A DNA stretch of 64,000 nucleotides from Eubacteriales bacterium (GTDB lineage Bacteria; Bacillota; Clostridia; Oscillospirales; CAG-272), in NCBI GenBank assembly GCA_045658315.1, contig JAZOUV010000006.1, positions 27,094-91,093 of the forward strand, read 5' to 3'. The position numbers and the translations under genes were made by a program. The notes under the pieces are model-generated. The model worked only from the letters and a program-made list of their open reading frames with translations, searched no databases and was not told the DNA's origin. Below, in pieces: positions 18,542-27,538 of this stretch. Position 1 is the first letter of the stretch, and each line of letters begins with the position of its first letter.

Positions 18542-20173
18542 ATGAGTACTGATAACTTTAACAAAAAACCCGACAATTCCATTTCCGAAGACGACGAGCT
18601 GACTACGATACTTCAAAGACTTTCTATACTTCTTGATAAATCTGTTTCACTTGATGAGGCGATTGAACTCGCAAAAAAGCAATCCGAACCCGCATCCTCG
18701 AAGAAAACAATTGAGCCTCATGCAGAACAACCCGAAGAAAACACAGATTCCGAACAGGTTGCCGAGGATAATATTCAACCCGAAGAAAACGCAGATCCCG
18801 AACAGACTGTCGAGGATAATATTCAACTTGAAGAAAATCAGAGCATTTCCGAAACAGATTCTGACGACAAGCCCGAAGAAGTCGCCTCTCAAGAGGAAGA
18901 CCCAGACGTGCAAACAGCTTTATCTTGCGAAGAAAATGAACTCACCGCCTACGCCGAGCTCATAAAAAAGCTTCATTCTGTCTCGCCCTCTTCAGTTTTC
19001 GAAGAAATACCGCAAGAAGAGGAGGCAGTTGAGGATATAGCTCAAGAATCTGTCGGCGAACAGTCCGATGATACACCTTCGGACAAAAATATGCCCGTTT
19101 CCGACTTTATTAAACTATTAAAAAGCAAACATTTTACAGAACAAAACGCCGAAGACAATACTACTGTTACAGAAGATACTACTGTTACAGAAGAAACCAC
19201 TGTTGCAGAAGAAACCACTGTTGCAGAAGAGACTCTTATTTCAAAAAGAACTGCCCTCGCAGAAGATAATACCGTTTCCGAAGATACTCAAACCGAGGAA
19301 GACCCTGCAACAGCCAAGATATTCGATGAGCTCTTGGCTTGCTTTGACGACCATAAATTTCCTGAAGATTTTCGTTTTTCAGAATATAACGCACAAAAGC
19401 AAGAACCGGAAAAGCCTGTCGAAGAAAACACTACCGAAGAAACTACCGAAATTAAAGCGGAAAACACCGAAACTACAAATATTGAAGAAGAGCAAGCAGA
19501 AGAGCAAGCTCCCGATTTTATCCCCATAGAACACGACAACAGCGAAGAAGAGGATTTATTTTCAAAGATATTTTCCGAAGAAAAATCCGAAAGAAAAAAT
19601 AAAGAAAGAGACAAAAAGAAGTGGCAGAATCAAGGAAATGAACCTTCCCCTTTCCTTGCAGGCTTGTTTGACTGGCTTGAAGTAATCGTTTTATCAGCTG
19701 CTTTCGCCCTTCTTCTATTTACATTTATTCTCCGCATTGCCGTAGTTGAGGGAGATTCTATGAACCACACCCTTCACGATAAAGAGCTTCTTATAATTTC
19801 CGACCTTATGTATTCTCCCGAAAATAACGACATAATCGTTTTCACATCACCCAATTATCCCGAACCGATAGTCAAGAGAATAATTGCAACCGAAGGTCAA
19901 ACAGTAGACATAGATTTTGAGACCTGGACGGTTACAGTAGACGGAGTTGTACTCAAAGAAGACTATATCAACCGTGCGATTGGAAGTATGCATAAATCCG
20001 ACGTATCTTTCCCTTTAACTGTTCCCGAGGGATATATTTTCGTCATGGGCGATAACAGAAACGAGTCTCTCGACTCAAGAAATTCACGTATCGGATTTGT
20101 TGACCAAAGATACATTTTGGGAGAAGTAAAGCTCCGCTTGTTCCCCCTCGACAGATTTGGAAAGGTTGACTAA
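18542..20173 (+). CDS. lepB: signal peptidase I with a ~370-aa acidic, repeat-containing N-terminal extension
   Basis: The C-terminal ~170 aa carry S26 motifs (GDSMNHTL, VKRIIATEGQ, GDNRNESLDSR), preceded by one TM helix (LEVIVLSAAFALLLFTFIL). The N-terminus is Glu/Asp/Thr-rich. Confidence 0.8.
   Translation: MSTDNFNKKPDNSISEDDELTTILQRLSILLDKSVSLDEAIELAKKQSEPASSKKTIEPHAEQPEENTDSEQVAEDNIQPEENADPEQTVEDNIQLEENQSISETDSDDKPEEVASQEEDPDVQTALSCEENELTAYAELIKKLHSVSPSSVFEEIPQEEEAVEDIAQESVGEQSDDTPSDKNMPVSDFIKLLKSKHFTEQNAEDNTTVTEDTTVTEETTVAEETTVAEETLISKRTALAEDNTVSEDTQTEEDPATAKIFDELLACFDDHKFPEDFRFSEYNAQKQEPEKPVEENTTEETTEIKAENTETTNIEEEQAEEQAPDFIPIEHDNSEEEDLFSKIFSEEKSERKNKERDKKKWQNQGNEPSPFLAGLFDWLEVIVLSAAFALLLFTFILRIAVVEGDSMNHTLHDKELLIISDLMYSPENNDIIVFTSPNYPEPIVKRIIATEGQTVDIDFETWTVTVDGVVLKEDYINRAIGSMHKSDVSFPLTVPEGYIFVMGDNRNESLDSRNSRIGFVDQRYILGEVKLRLFPLDRFGKVD
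18728..18841 (+). repeat. in-frame 48-nt tandem repeat (2.4 copies) inside lepB
   Basis: QPEENTDSEQVAEDNI / QPEENADPEQTVEDNI / QLEENQ. The DNA copies at 18728-18775 and 18776-18823 are nearly identical. Confidence 0.85.
19160..19231 (+). repeat. in-frame 18-nt tandem repeat (4 copies) inside lepB
   Basis: TTVTED / TTVTEE / TTVAEE / TTVAEE. Confidence 0.85.
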
Positions 20174-20200
20174 CCCAAAAACAAAAGAAAGGACAAAAAG

Positions 20201-21073
20201 ATGCCCTCAACACAGATACAATGGTTTCCGGGGCACATGGCAAAGACCGGAAGACTTATGAAAGAAAGTCTTCCCTCGGTCGATATACTGATAAACGTTC
20301 TTGATTCCCGAATTCCGATAAGCTCAAAAAACCCGGAAATTGAAAGTATAGCGGGTAACAAGCCTATTTTGACGCTTCTCAGTAAATCAAGCCTTGCAGA
20401 CCCTTCCGCAATATCAAAATGGAAGAACTACTTTAAACGAAATAATATTAATTGCCTCTTCATTGACAGTATTACGGGCGTAGGAATAAATGATATTATG
20501 CCTGCGGTACGTGATATACTCAAAGATAAACTATCCCGATACGAAGAGAAAGGAATGACGGGAAGAAACATAAAGGCTATGATAGTCGGTATCCCCAATT
20601 CAGGAAAATCTTCTCTCATAAACAAACTGGCAGGTTCAAAAAAAGTAAAGGTCGAAGACCGACCCGGAGTTACGCTTACAAAACAATGGGTTCCCACCTC
20701 AATAGGACTTGACCTTATGGATATGCCCGGTGTGCTTTGGCCTAAGTTTGACGATGACACGATTGGTGAAAATCTTGCATTGACGGGTGCTATACGCGAT
20801 GCTATTCTCGACATTGAAACTCTTGCAGTTGTTCTTTGTGCAAGGCTTCGCCGCCTCTATCCCGAGCTTCTCATGTCTCGCTACAAGCTTACCGAAAGAG
20901 ACCTTGAAGAAGACAAGCAAGATTACGAAGTATTTGAAGCGGTGGGAAGAAAAAGAGGATTTTTGATTTCGGGCGGGGAAATTAATTACGAAAGAACGGC
21001 TACTATGCTACTTGACGAGTTTAGAGGTGCAAAAATCGGCAGAATAACCCTTGAGCTTCCACCCGAACAATAA
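20201..21073 (+). CDS. rbgA: ribosome biogenesis GTPase A (YlqF/RbgA)
   Basis: IQWFPGHMAK start and a circularly permuted G-domain (LSKSSL..., GIPNSGKSSLIN, DMPGVLWP). Confidence 0.9.
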   Translation: MPSTQIQWFPGHMAKTGRLMKESLPSVDILINVLDSRIPISSKNPEIESIAGNKPILTLLSKSSLADPSAISKWKNYFKRNNINCLFIDSITGVGINDIMPAVRDILKDKLSRYEEKGMTGRNIKAMIVGIPNSGKSSLINKLAGSKKVKVEDRPGVTLTKQWVPTSIGLDLMDMPGVLWPKFDDDTIGENLALTGAIRDAILDIETLAVVLCARLRRLYPELLMSRYKLTERDLEEDKQDYEVFEAVGRKRGFLISGGEINYERTATMLLDEFRGAKIGRITLELPPEQ

Positions 21074-21095
21074 AATTAAAGGTGATTTACATACG

Positions 21096-21701
21096 ATGTT
21101 AAACTGGGAAATTGAAAAACAGTTACAGCTTGAAGGATATAAAATAATTTGCGGTTGCGACGAAGCAGGCAGAGGTCCTTTGGCGGGTGCCGTTGCAGCT
21201 GCCGCTTGTATACTGCCCGACGGACTTGAAATAAAAGGGCTCGACGATTCAAAAAAGCTTACCGAAAAGAAACGCGAAGAGCTTTTTAAAACCATTCAGG
21301 AAGCCGCCGTCAGTTGTGCCGTAGCTACTTGCTCGGTAGAAGAAATTGAACAGTATAATATACTTGAATGTGCCCTTCTCGCCATGCGACGTGCCATCGA
21401 ACAGCTTGAGATCAAGCCCGATTTTGTGCTTGTTGACGGTAATATAAACCGAGGCTTTACAATTTCTTCAAAAGCAATAATAGGCGGAGATGCAAAATCC
21501 CCCAACATTGCCGCCGCTTCTATTTTAGCCAAAGTTACAAGAGACCGTATGTGTTACGAGCTTGACGAAAAATATCCGCAGTACGGTTTTGCAAAGCATA
21601 AAGGATATGCAACGAAGGAGCATAGGGAGGCTATTTTGAAGTACGGTCCCTGTCCCGAACACAGAGCATTATTTTTGCGGAAATTACTTAACAAAGAATG
21701 A
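21096..21701 (+). CDS. rnhB: ribonuclease HII
   Basis: CGCDEAGRGPLAGAV and DSKKL motifs. Start set to ATG 21096 (AAAGGTGAT upstream) rather than TTG 21051, which overlaps rbgA. Confidence 0.9.
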   Translation: MLNWEIEKQLQLEGYKIICGCDEAGRGPLAGAVAAAACILPDGLEIKGLDDSKKLTEKKREELFKTIQEAAVSCAVATCSVEEIEQYNILECALLAMRRAIEQLEIKPDFVLVDGNINRGFTISSKAIIGGDAKSPNIAAASILAKVTRDRMCYELDEKYPQYGFAKHKGYATKEHREAILKYGPCPEHRALFLRKLLNKE

Positions 21702-22084
21702 ATAATACGACTCGCCAAACAGGCAGACAGGGGGAAAACGCCGCTTGTGATTGGCTTATAAAAAACGGATATACAATCACAAAACGCAACTACACAGCCC
21801 CCCACGGAGAAATTGACATAATTGCCGAAGACGAAAAATATATTGTCTTTGTGGAAGTAAAATACAGAAAAAACTCTGTATTTCTCGCAAAATACGGCCG
21901 TCCCGTCAAAGCGGTTACAAAGGAAAAGCGGAGGCATATACTGTCTGCGGCAAAACACTATTTAAAAATTAACGGTACGACAAAAAAGCCACGCATTGAT
22001 ATTATTGAAATTATAAGCAACCAAGAACAAGACGGCTTTATTTCACTGAACATCAAACATTATAAAAATGCATTTGGAGCGTGA
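21698..22084 (+). CDS. yraN: YraN-family (UPF0102) endonuclease-like protein
   Basis: GEIDIIA...VFVEVKYR motif, 128 aa, and a 4-nt overlap with rnhB. Confidence 0.8.
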   Translation: MNNTTRQTGRQGENAACDWLIKNGYTITKRNYTAPHGEIDIIAEDEKYIVFVEVKYRKNSVFLAKYGRPVKAVTKEKRRHILSAAKHYLKINGTTKKPRIDIIEIISNQEQDGFISLNIKHYKNAFGA

Positions 22085-22144
22085 TTTTTTACGAAGATTT
22101 TTGACACACATTGCGATACGGCGTACGCTATACACAGTCTCGGT

Positions 22145-22978
22145 GTGGGGTTCGACAACCAAGAAACACATATTACAAAATTGGGTATAGAAAAATACGA
22201 TAAATACGAGCAGATGTTTGCTATCTGGTCTAATCCTAAACGCACGGACGAGGAAAACTGGGAACATTTCCATTCGGTTAAAGCTCATTTTGAAAAAGAA
22301 ATACTTCCCTATAAGAGCGAAAAATTTATTCCTCACCTTGCTGTTGAAGGCTGTGCTTTATTGGGAAATGACTTAACAAGAATCGACACCCTTAAGAAAT
22401 ACGGTGTCAGAATGATGACTCTCGTATGGAGAGATGAATGCCTTATGGGCGGTGCTCACAATACAAATATCGGTCTAACAGCCTTTGGGAAACAGGCTGT
22501 CAAAAGATTGTGTGAAGTCGGTATAGTCCCCGACATCAGTCACGCCTCCGACAAGATGGCTTACGAAACCTTTGAAATAGCAAATGAATACGGTAAACCC
22601 GTCAACGCCAGCCATTCAAACCTCAGAAGTCTGCGTGAGCATACACGAAATATGACCGACGATATGTTTAAAGAGCTTATGAAAACAGGCGGACTTGCGG
22701 GGCTTAATTTCTGCTGTGAATTTCTTGAATACATAGACGAAAGAGAAGCTACAATGACCAACATTATTCGCCACCTTGAGCATTATCTCGAGCTTGGCGG
22801 AGAAAACAATGTCTGTATCGGCTCCGATTTTGACGGGATCGAAAAATTACCCGTTGGCATTACCGGCGTTGAGTCGCATGACGTATTCTGCGAGGAGCTG
22901 AAAAAATTAAATTACAGCGACGAGCTTATTGAAAAAATATTCTACGACAACGCTCACACATTTTTTGAAAAAAATTAA
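22145..22978 (+). CDS. membrane-dipeptidase (peptidase M19) family protein; true N-terminus lies upstream (see findings)
   Basis: HASD, SHSN and GSDFDG motifs. Coordinates follow the first canonical start (GTG 22145). The frame is open from 22085 and encodes the conserved IFDTHCD metal-binding motif. Confidence 0.75.
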   Translation: MGFDNQETHITKLGIEKYDKYEQMFAIWSNPKRTDEENWEHFHSVKAHFEKEILPYKSEKFIPHLAVEGCALLGNDLTRIDTLKKYGVRMMTLVWRDECLMGGAHNTNIGLTAFGKQAVKRLCEVGIVPDISHASDKMAYETFEIANEYGKPVNASHSNLRSLREHTRNMTDDMFKELMKTGGLAGLNFCCEFLEYIDEREATMTNIIRHLEHYLELGGENNVCIGSDFDGIEKLPVGITGVESHDVFCEELKKLNYSDELIEKIFYDNAHTFFEKN

Positions 22979-23044
22979 CACTCGGCTTATATAAAGCCTA
23001 ACACTGCTTTAAAAATTACTTTACAATAAAAACGAGGAAAAACA

Positions 23045-24532
23045 ATGAAAAACATTAATTACATCAGCACAAGAGGTAATACCAAACCCGTTTTATCTGC
23101 TCAGGCTATCAAACAAGGTCTTGCAGATGACGGCGGTCTTTTTATGCCCGAGGTCATTCCCTCTCTTACCAAGGAGGATTTTGACTTCTTGAAAAATGCG
23201 GCATACCATGAAAGAGCCGCCTACGTTATGTCAAAATTTCTTACCGATTATACATACGAAGAGCTCCTTGCCGACTGCAAGGAAAGCTACTCCGAGGCTC
23301 GCTTCCCCGGCGGTGCCGCCCCTTTGACAAACATTGGAAACCTTCGCCTTCTTGAGCTCTGGCACGGTCCTACCTGTGCATTCAAGGATATGGCACTCCA
23401 GGTTATGCCCCGTCTCCTTTCAAGAGCCTTGACAAAAACAGGTGAGAAAAGAACTGCATTTATCCTTGTTGCAACGTCGGGCGATACAGGCAAGGCGGCA
23501 CTTGAAGGCTATAAAGATGTTGACGGCATTAAAATTATGGTATTCTACCCCGTTGACGGCGTAAGCCGTGTTCAAAAACTTCAAATGGCAACTCAGGAAG
23601 GTAACAATGTTACCGTATGTGCTATCAAGGGTAACTTTGACGATGCACAGAACGGAGTTAAGAAGATTTTCGGCGACGAAGAAACAGCAAAGCTTCTTGA
23701 CAAAAACGCACACTTTTTCTCTTCTGCCAACTCCATTAACTGGGGCAGACTTGTTCCTCAGATCGTTTACTATATTTCTTCTTACTGCGATATGGTAAAT
23801 AACGGCGGCATTAAGGAGGGCGAAGAGGTCAATATTTGCGTTCCCACCGGCAACTTCGGTAATATCTTTGCCGCATATATTGCAAAAATTATGGGACTCC
23901 CCGTTAATCGCTTTATCTGTGCATCGAACTGCAACAACATACTTACCGACTTTATCACAACGGGTACATACGACAGAAACAGGGCTTTCCGCACAACCAT
24001 GTCGCCCTCTATGGACATTCTTATTTCCAGCAACCTTGAACGTCTTCTCTACGTTATTGCAGGCAACGAAAAAACAGCTCAATATATGAAGGAACTTAAC
24101 ACTAAAGGCGTTTATACGGTTGACGGCGAAACAAAAGAAAAGATTACCTCAAACTTCTCGGGCTACTTCTGCACCGAAGAGGCTACTGCAAAAACCATAA
24201 AAGACACCTTCGACGACTACAACTATCTTATTGATACACATACCGCAGTTGCGGTTAAATGTGCAAATGAATATATGGCTGAAACGGGTGATACACGCAA
24301 GATTATCGTTGCATCGACCGCTTCTCCCTACAAGTTTGCATCCAACGTTTACACATCACTTACCGGCGAAACAAAGGAAAATGAATTTGATGCCCTCAAA
24401 GCAACAGAAAAGCTTTCGGGCAGTCCCATACCCTCCCCCTTGGCAAGCCTTGAATCAAAGCAGATACGTTTTAAAACAGTTATAGACCCAGAGGATATGA
24501 CATCAGAGGTTCTTAAAACTATCGGCATTTAA
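23045..24532 (+). CDS. thrC: threonine synthase
   Basis: YISTRG start, DGGLFMP, and the PLP lysine motif TCAFKDMALQ. 495 aa (long-type ThrC). Confidence 0.93.
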   Translation: MKNINYISTRGNTKPVLSAQAIKQGLADDGGLFMPEVIPSLTKEDFDFLKNAAYHERAAYVMSKFLTDYTYEELLADCKESYSEARFPGGAAPLTNIGNLRLLELWHGPTCAFKDMALQVMPRLLSRALTKTGEKRTAFILVATSGDTGKAALEGYKDVDGIKIMVFYPVDGVSRVQKLQMATQEGNNVTVCAIKGNFDDAQNGVKKIFGDEETAKLLDKNAHFFSSANSINWGRLVPQIVYYISSYCDMVNNGGIKEGEEVNICVPTGNFGNIFAAYIAKIMGLPVNRFICASNCNNILTDFITTGTYDRNRAFRTTMSPSMDILISSNLERLLYVIAGNEKTAQYMKELNTKGVYTVDGETKEKITSNFSGYFCTEEATAKTIKDTFDDYNYLIDTHTAVAVKCANEYMAETGDTRKIIVASTASPYKFASNVYTSLTGETKENEFDALKATEKLSGSPIPSPLASLESKQIRFKTVIDPEDMTSEVLKTIGI

Positions 24533-24553
24533 CAACATACACAGGAGGAAATT

Positions 24554-25264
24554 ATGTCGCTGTTTGCACTGTCGGACACACATTTATCATTATATAACGA
24601 CAAGCCTATGGACGTTTTCGGCAACAGATGGAGAGACTATGCTTCAAAACTTGATAAGGGTTGGCGAGCCGTAGTTACCGAAAAAGACACAGTAGTTATT
24701 GCAGGCGACGTAAGCTGGGGTATTTCACTCGAAGAAGCAAAAGCAGATCTTCTCTATCTTGACAGTCTGCCCGGACAAAAAATAATATCAAAGGGCAATC
24801 ACGATTACTGGTGGTCAACTGCCGCAAAAATCAATGCTTTTTTTGAAGAAAACAATATTACAACAATAAGAATCCTGCACAACAATGCTTTTGCAGAGGA
24901 CAATGTTATACTATGCGGTACGCGTGGCTGGTTCAGCGAGGGCAAAAATGCCCCCCGCGAAGCCGATTTTGATAAAATCGTGGCAAGAGAAGCGGGAAGG
25001 CTTGAGCTTTCGCTGAAGGAAGGTATGAGGCTTTCGGACACAAACGAAAAAATAGTTTTTCTCCATTTCCCTCCCGTTTATAACGACTATGTCTGCAATG
25101 AAATAATTGATGTATTGCATAAATATAACGTAAACAGAGTCTATTACGGTCACATACACGGTGTATACAGTCTGCCGTCTACGTTTAACTTTGACGGAAT
25201 AGATTTCACCATAACCTCTGCAGACTATTTGAATTTCGTTCCGACCTTGGTAAACCGAGGCTGA
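24554..25264 (+). CDS. metallophosphoesterase (calcineurin-like)
   Basis: SDTH, GDVSW, GNHDYWW, LHFPP and GHIHG motifs. Confidence 0.75.
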   Translation: MSLFALSDTHLSLYNDKPMDVFGNRWRDYASKLDKGWRAVVTEKDTVVIAGDVSWGISLEEAKADLLYLDSLPGQKIISKGNHDYWWSTAAKINAFFEENNITTIRILHNNAFAEDNVILCGTRGWFSEGKNAPREADFDKIVAREAGRLELSLKEGMRLSDTNEKIVFLHFPPVYNDYVCNEIIDVLHKYNVNRVYYGHIHGVYSLPSTFNFDGIDFTITSADYLNFVPTLVNRG

Positions 25265-25322
25265 ACTCCTCAGTTTTTTCGGCAATTTACACACTTATTC
25301 AGGAAAATTTTTGTATATTCTA

Positions 25323-25351
25323 TTGACATTTAGAGTGTACGGATATAAAAT
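25323..25351 (+). promoter_or_regulatory. sigmaA-type promoter of tig
   Basis: TTGACA (25323-25328), 17-nt spacer, TAAAAT (25346-25351). Confidence 0.65.
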
Positions 25352-25390
25352 AATATGATAGGAAAAATAACAATTCCGGAGGAATTACAA

Positions 25391-26875
25391 ATGAGTTTAA
25401 AAAACGTAACAAAGAAAGAAAAGAATGTTGTGGAAATTGAATTTTCCATCGAAAAGAATGTTTTCGATGAAGAAGTAAGCCGCGTTTTCAAAAAGAACGC
25501 CGCTAAAATGAATGTTCCCGGCTTCAGAAAGGGTAAAGCACCCCGTTCTATAATCGAAAAGATGTACGGCAAGGGCGTGTTCTACGATGATGCTATTAAC
25601 AATCTTCTTCCCGAAGCTTACACAGAAGCTGCAAAGGAATCAAAAGAAGAGATCGTTAGTCAGCCCGAATTTGAAATTGTTTCTATCGATGACAACGGCG
25701 TTGTTCTTAAGGCAAAAGTTTATGTTAAACCCGAAGTTGAAATAGAAGGCTACAAGGGCATTGAAGTTGAAAAGACAGTTAAGAGAGCAACAGCAGAAGA
25801 CATTAACCACGAGCTTGAACATGCTCGTCAGCGTAACGCTCGTACCATTGACGTAACAGACAGAGCAGCACAGCTCGGCGATAACGCTATTATCGACTAC
25901 GAAGGCTTTGCTGACGGCGTTGCTTTTGAAGGCGGCAAGGGCGAAAACCACGACCTCAAGCTTGGTTCTGGTCAGTTTATCCCCGGCTTCGAGGAACAGA
26001 TCGTCGGTCACAATGTCGGTGACGAATTTGACGTTAACGTTACTTTCCCTGAAGAGTACCACGCAGACAACCTCGCAGGCAAGCCTGCTGTATTCAAAGT
26101 AGTTCTTCGTGAACTCAAAACAACAGAACTCCCCGAGCTTAACGACGATTTTGCAAAGGACGCTTCCGAATTTGATACTCTTGATGAATACAAAGCTGAT
26201 ATTAAGGCAAAAATCCAGGAGAGAAACGAAAAAGAAGCTGAAAATCACGTTGAAGAGCAGATTATTGACGCTCTTATCGAAAAGCTCAAGGCTGATATTC
26301 CCGAAGCTATGGTTGAAACAGAAGCTGAAAACCTTCTCCGCGACTATGACAACAATCTCCGTATGCAGGGTATGAGCCTGGCTGACTTTGTTAAATACAC
26401 AGGTATGTCCCTTGATGCAATGCGTGAGCAGTTCAAGCCCCGTGCAGAACGTCAGGTTAAGACAAGACTTGCTCTTGAAAAGATTGCTGAACTCGAAAAG
26501 ATTGAAGTTTCCGAAAAAGAGCTTGAAGACGAATACAACAGAATTGCTGCTATGTACAGCATTGACGTTGCAGAAGTTAAGAAGAGCATCGAAGACGAAA
26601 ACCTCAAGAAGGATATCGCCGTTCAGAAGGCTGTTGACCTCGTAAAAGCCGAAGCTGCAGTTGTTAAGGCTAAGGCAAAGAAGGAAACAAAGAAGGTTGC
26701 TGAAGGCGAAGAAAAGCCTGCGGCTAAGAAAACTACAACAACAAAGAAGACCACTGCGACCAAGAAGGCTGCTGAAGGCGAAGAAAAGCCCGCAGCTAAG
26801 AAAACTACAACAACAAAGAAGACAACTACAACCAAAAAAACTGCTGCTAAAAAGTCAGAAGATAAGGCTGAATAA
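25391..26875 (+). CDS. tig: trigger factor with a Lys/Thr-rich repeat tail
   Basis: Ribosome-binding GFRKGKAP motif, an FKBP-type PPIase domain (GFADGVAFEGG, FIPGFEEQ) and a C-terminal arm domain. ATG 25391 follows GGAGGA. The tail extends beyond the usual end of the protein. Confidence 0.93.
   Translation: MSLKNVTKKEKNVVEIEFSIEKNVFDEEVSRVFKKNAAKMNVPGFRKGKAPRSIIEKMYGKGVFYDDAINNLLPEAYTEAAKESKEEIVSQPEFEIVSIDDNGVVLKAKVYVKPEVEIEGYKGIEVEKTVKRATAEDINHELEHARQRNARTIDVTDRAAQLGDNAIIDYEGFADGVAFEGGKGENHDLKLGSGQFIPGFEEQIVGHNVGDEFDVNVTFPEEYHADNLAGKPAVFKVVLRELKTTELPELNDDFAKDASEFDTLDEYKADIKAKIQERNEKEAENHVEEQIIDALIEKLKADIPEAMVETEAENLLRDYDNNLRMQGMSLADFVKYTGMSLDAMREQFKPRAERQVKTRLALEKIAELEKIEVSEKELEDEYNRIAAMYSIDVAEVKKSIEDENLKKDIAVQKAVDLVKAEAAVVKAKAKKETKKVAEGEEKPAAKKTTTTKKTTATKKAAEGEEKPAAKKTTTTKKTTTTKKTAAKKSEDKAE
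26699..26842 (+). repeat. in-frame 72-nt tandem duplication at the tig 3' end
   Basis: AEGEEKPAAKKTTTTKKTTATKKA / AEGEEKPAAKKTTTTKKTTTTKKT (26699-26770 and 26771-26842). Confidence 0.9.
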
Positions 26876-26927
26876 TATATTCGCCCATCTTTGAAAAGCA
26901 GCAGACTGCAGAAAAGGAGATACGAAT

Positions 26928-27512
26928 ATGGCATTGGTACCAACCGTTATAGAACAAACAAACCGAGGCGAAAGAGCGTATGATATTTACTCCCGTTTGC
27001 TCAATGACAGAATTATTTTTCTCAGCGACGAAGTAAACGATACGACAGCGTCCCTTGTAGTAGCTCAGTTGCTTTTCCTTGAAGCACAGGATCCCGATAA
27101 AGATATTTCTTTGTACATCAATAGCCCCGGCGGTTCAATAACCGCCGGAATGGCTATCTACGATACGATGAATTACATTAAGTGCGACGTATCCACCATC
27201 TGCGTAGGTATGGCGGCAAGTATGGGAGCTTTCCTGCTTTCAGCGGGAGCTAAGGGCAAGAGATATGCTCTCCCCAACAGCGAAATTATGATTCATCAAC
27301 CACTCGGCGGTATGCAGGGTCAGGCTACGGATATTAAAATCCATGCAGACCGTATAATCAAGATTCGTGAAAAGCTCAACGCCATTCTGTCCAATGTTAC
27401 CGGTCAGCCTATTGAGAAGATTGAGCACGACACAGAAAGAGATAATTTTATGTCGGCAGACGAGGCTAAGGATTATGGCCTTATTGACAAAGTTATCACA
27501 AATAAAAACTAA
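26928..27512 (+). CDS. clpP: ATP-dependent Clp protease proteolytic subunit
   Basis: [11 protein letters not shown], the GMAASMG catalytic Ser context and HQPLGG. Confidence 0.97.
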   Translation: MALVPTVIEQTNRGERAYDIYSRLLNDRIIFLSDEVNDTTASLVVAQLLFLEAQDPDKDISLYINSPGGSITAGMAIYDTMNYIKCDVSTICVGMAASMGAFLLSAGAKGKRYALPNSEIMIHQPLGGMQGQATDIKIHADRIIKIREKLNAILSNVTGQPIEKIEHDTERDNFMSADEAKDYGLIDKVITNKN

Positions 27513-27538
27513 TTCTTCCCCGAAAGAGGATCTATCAA

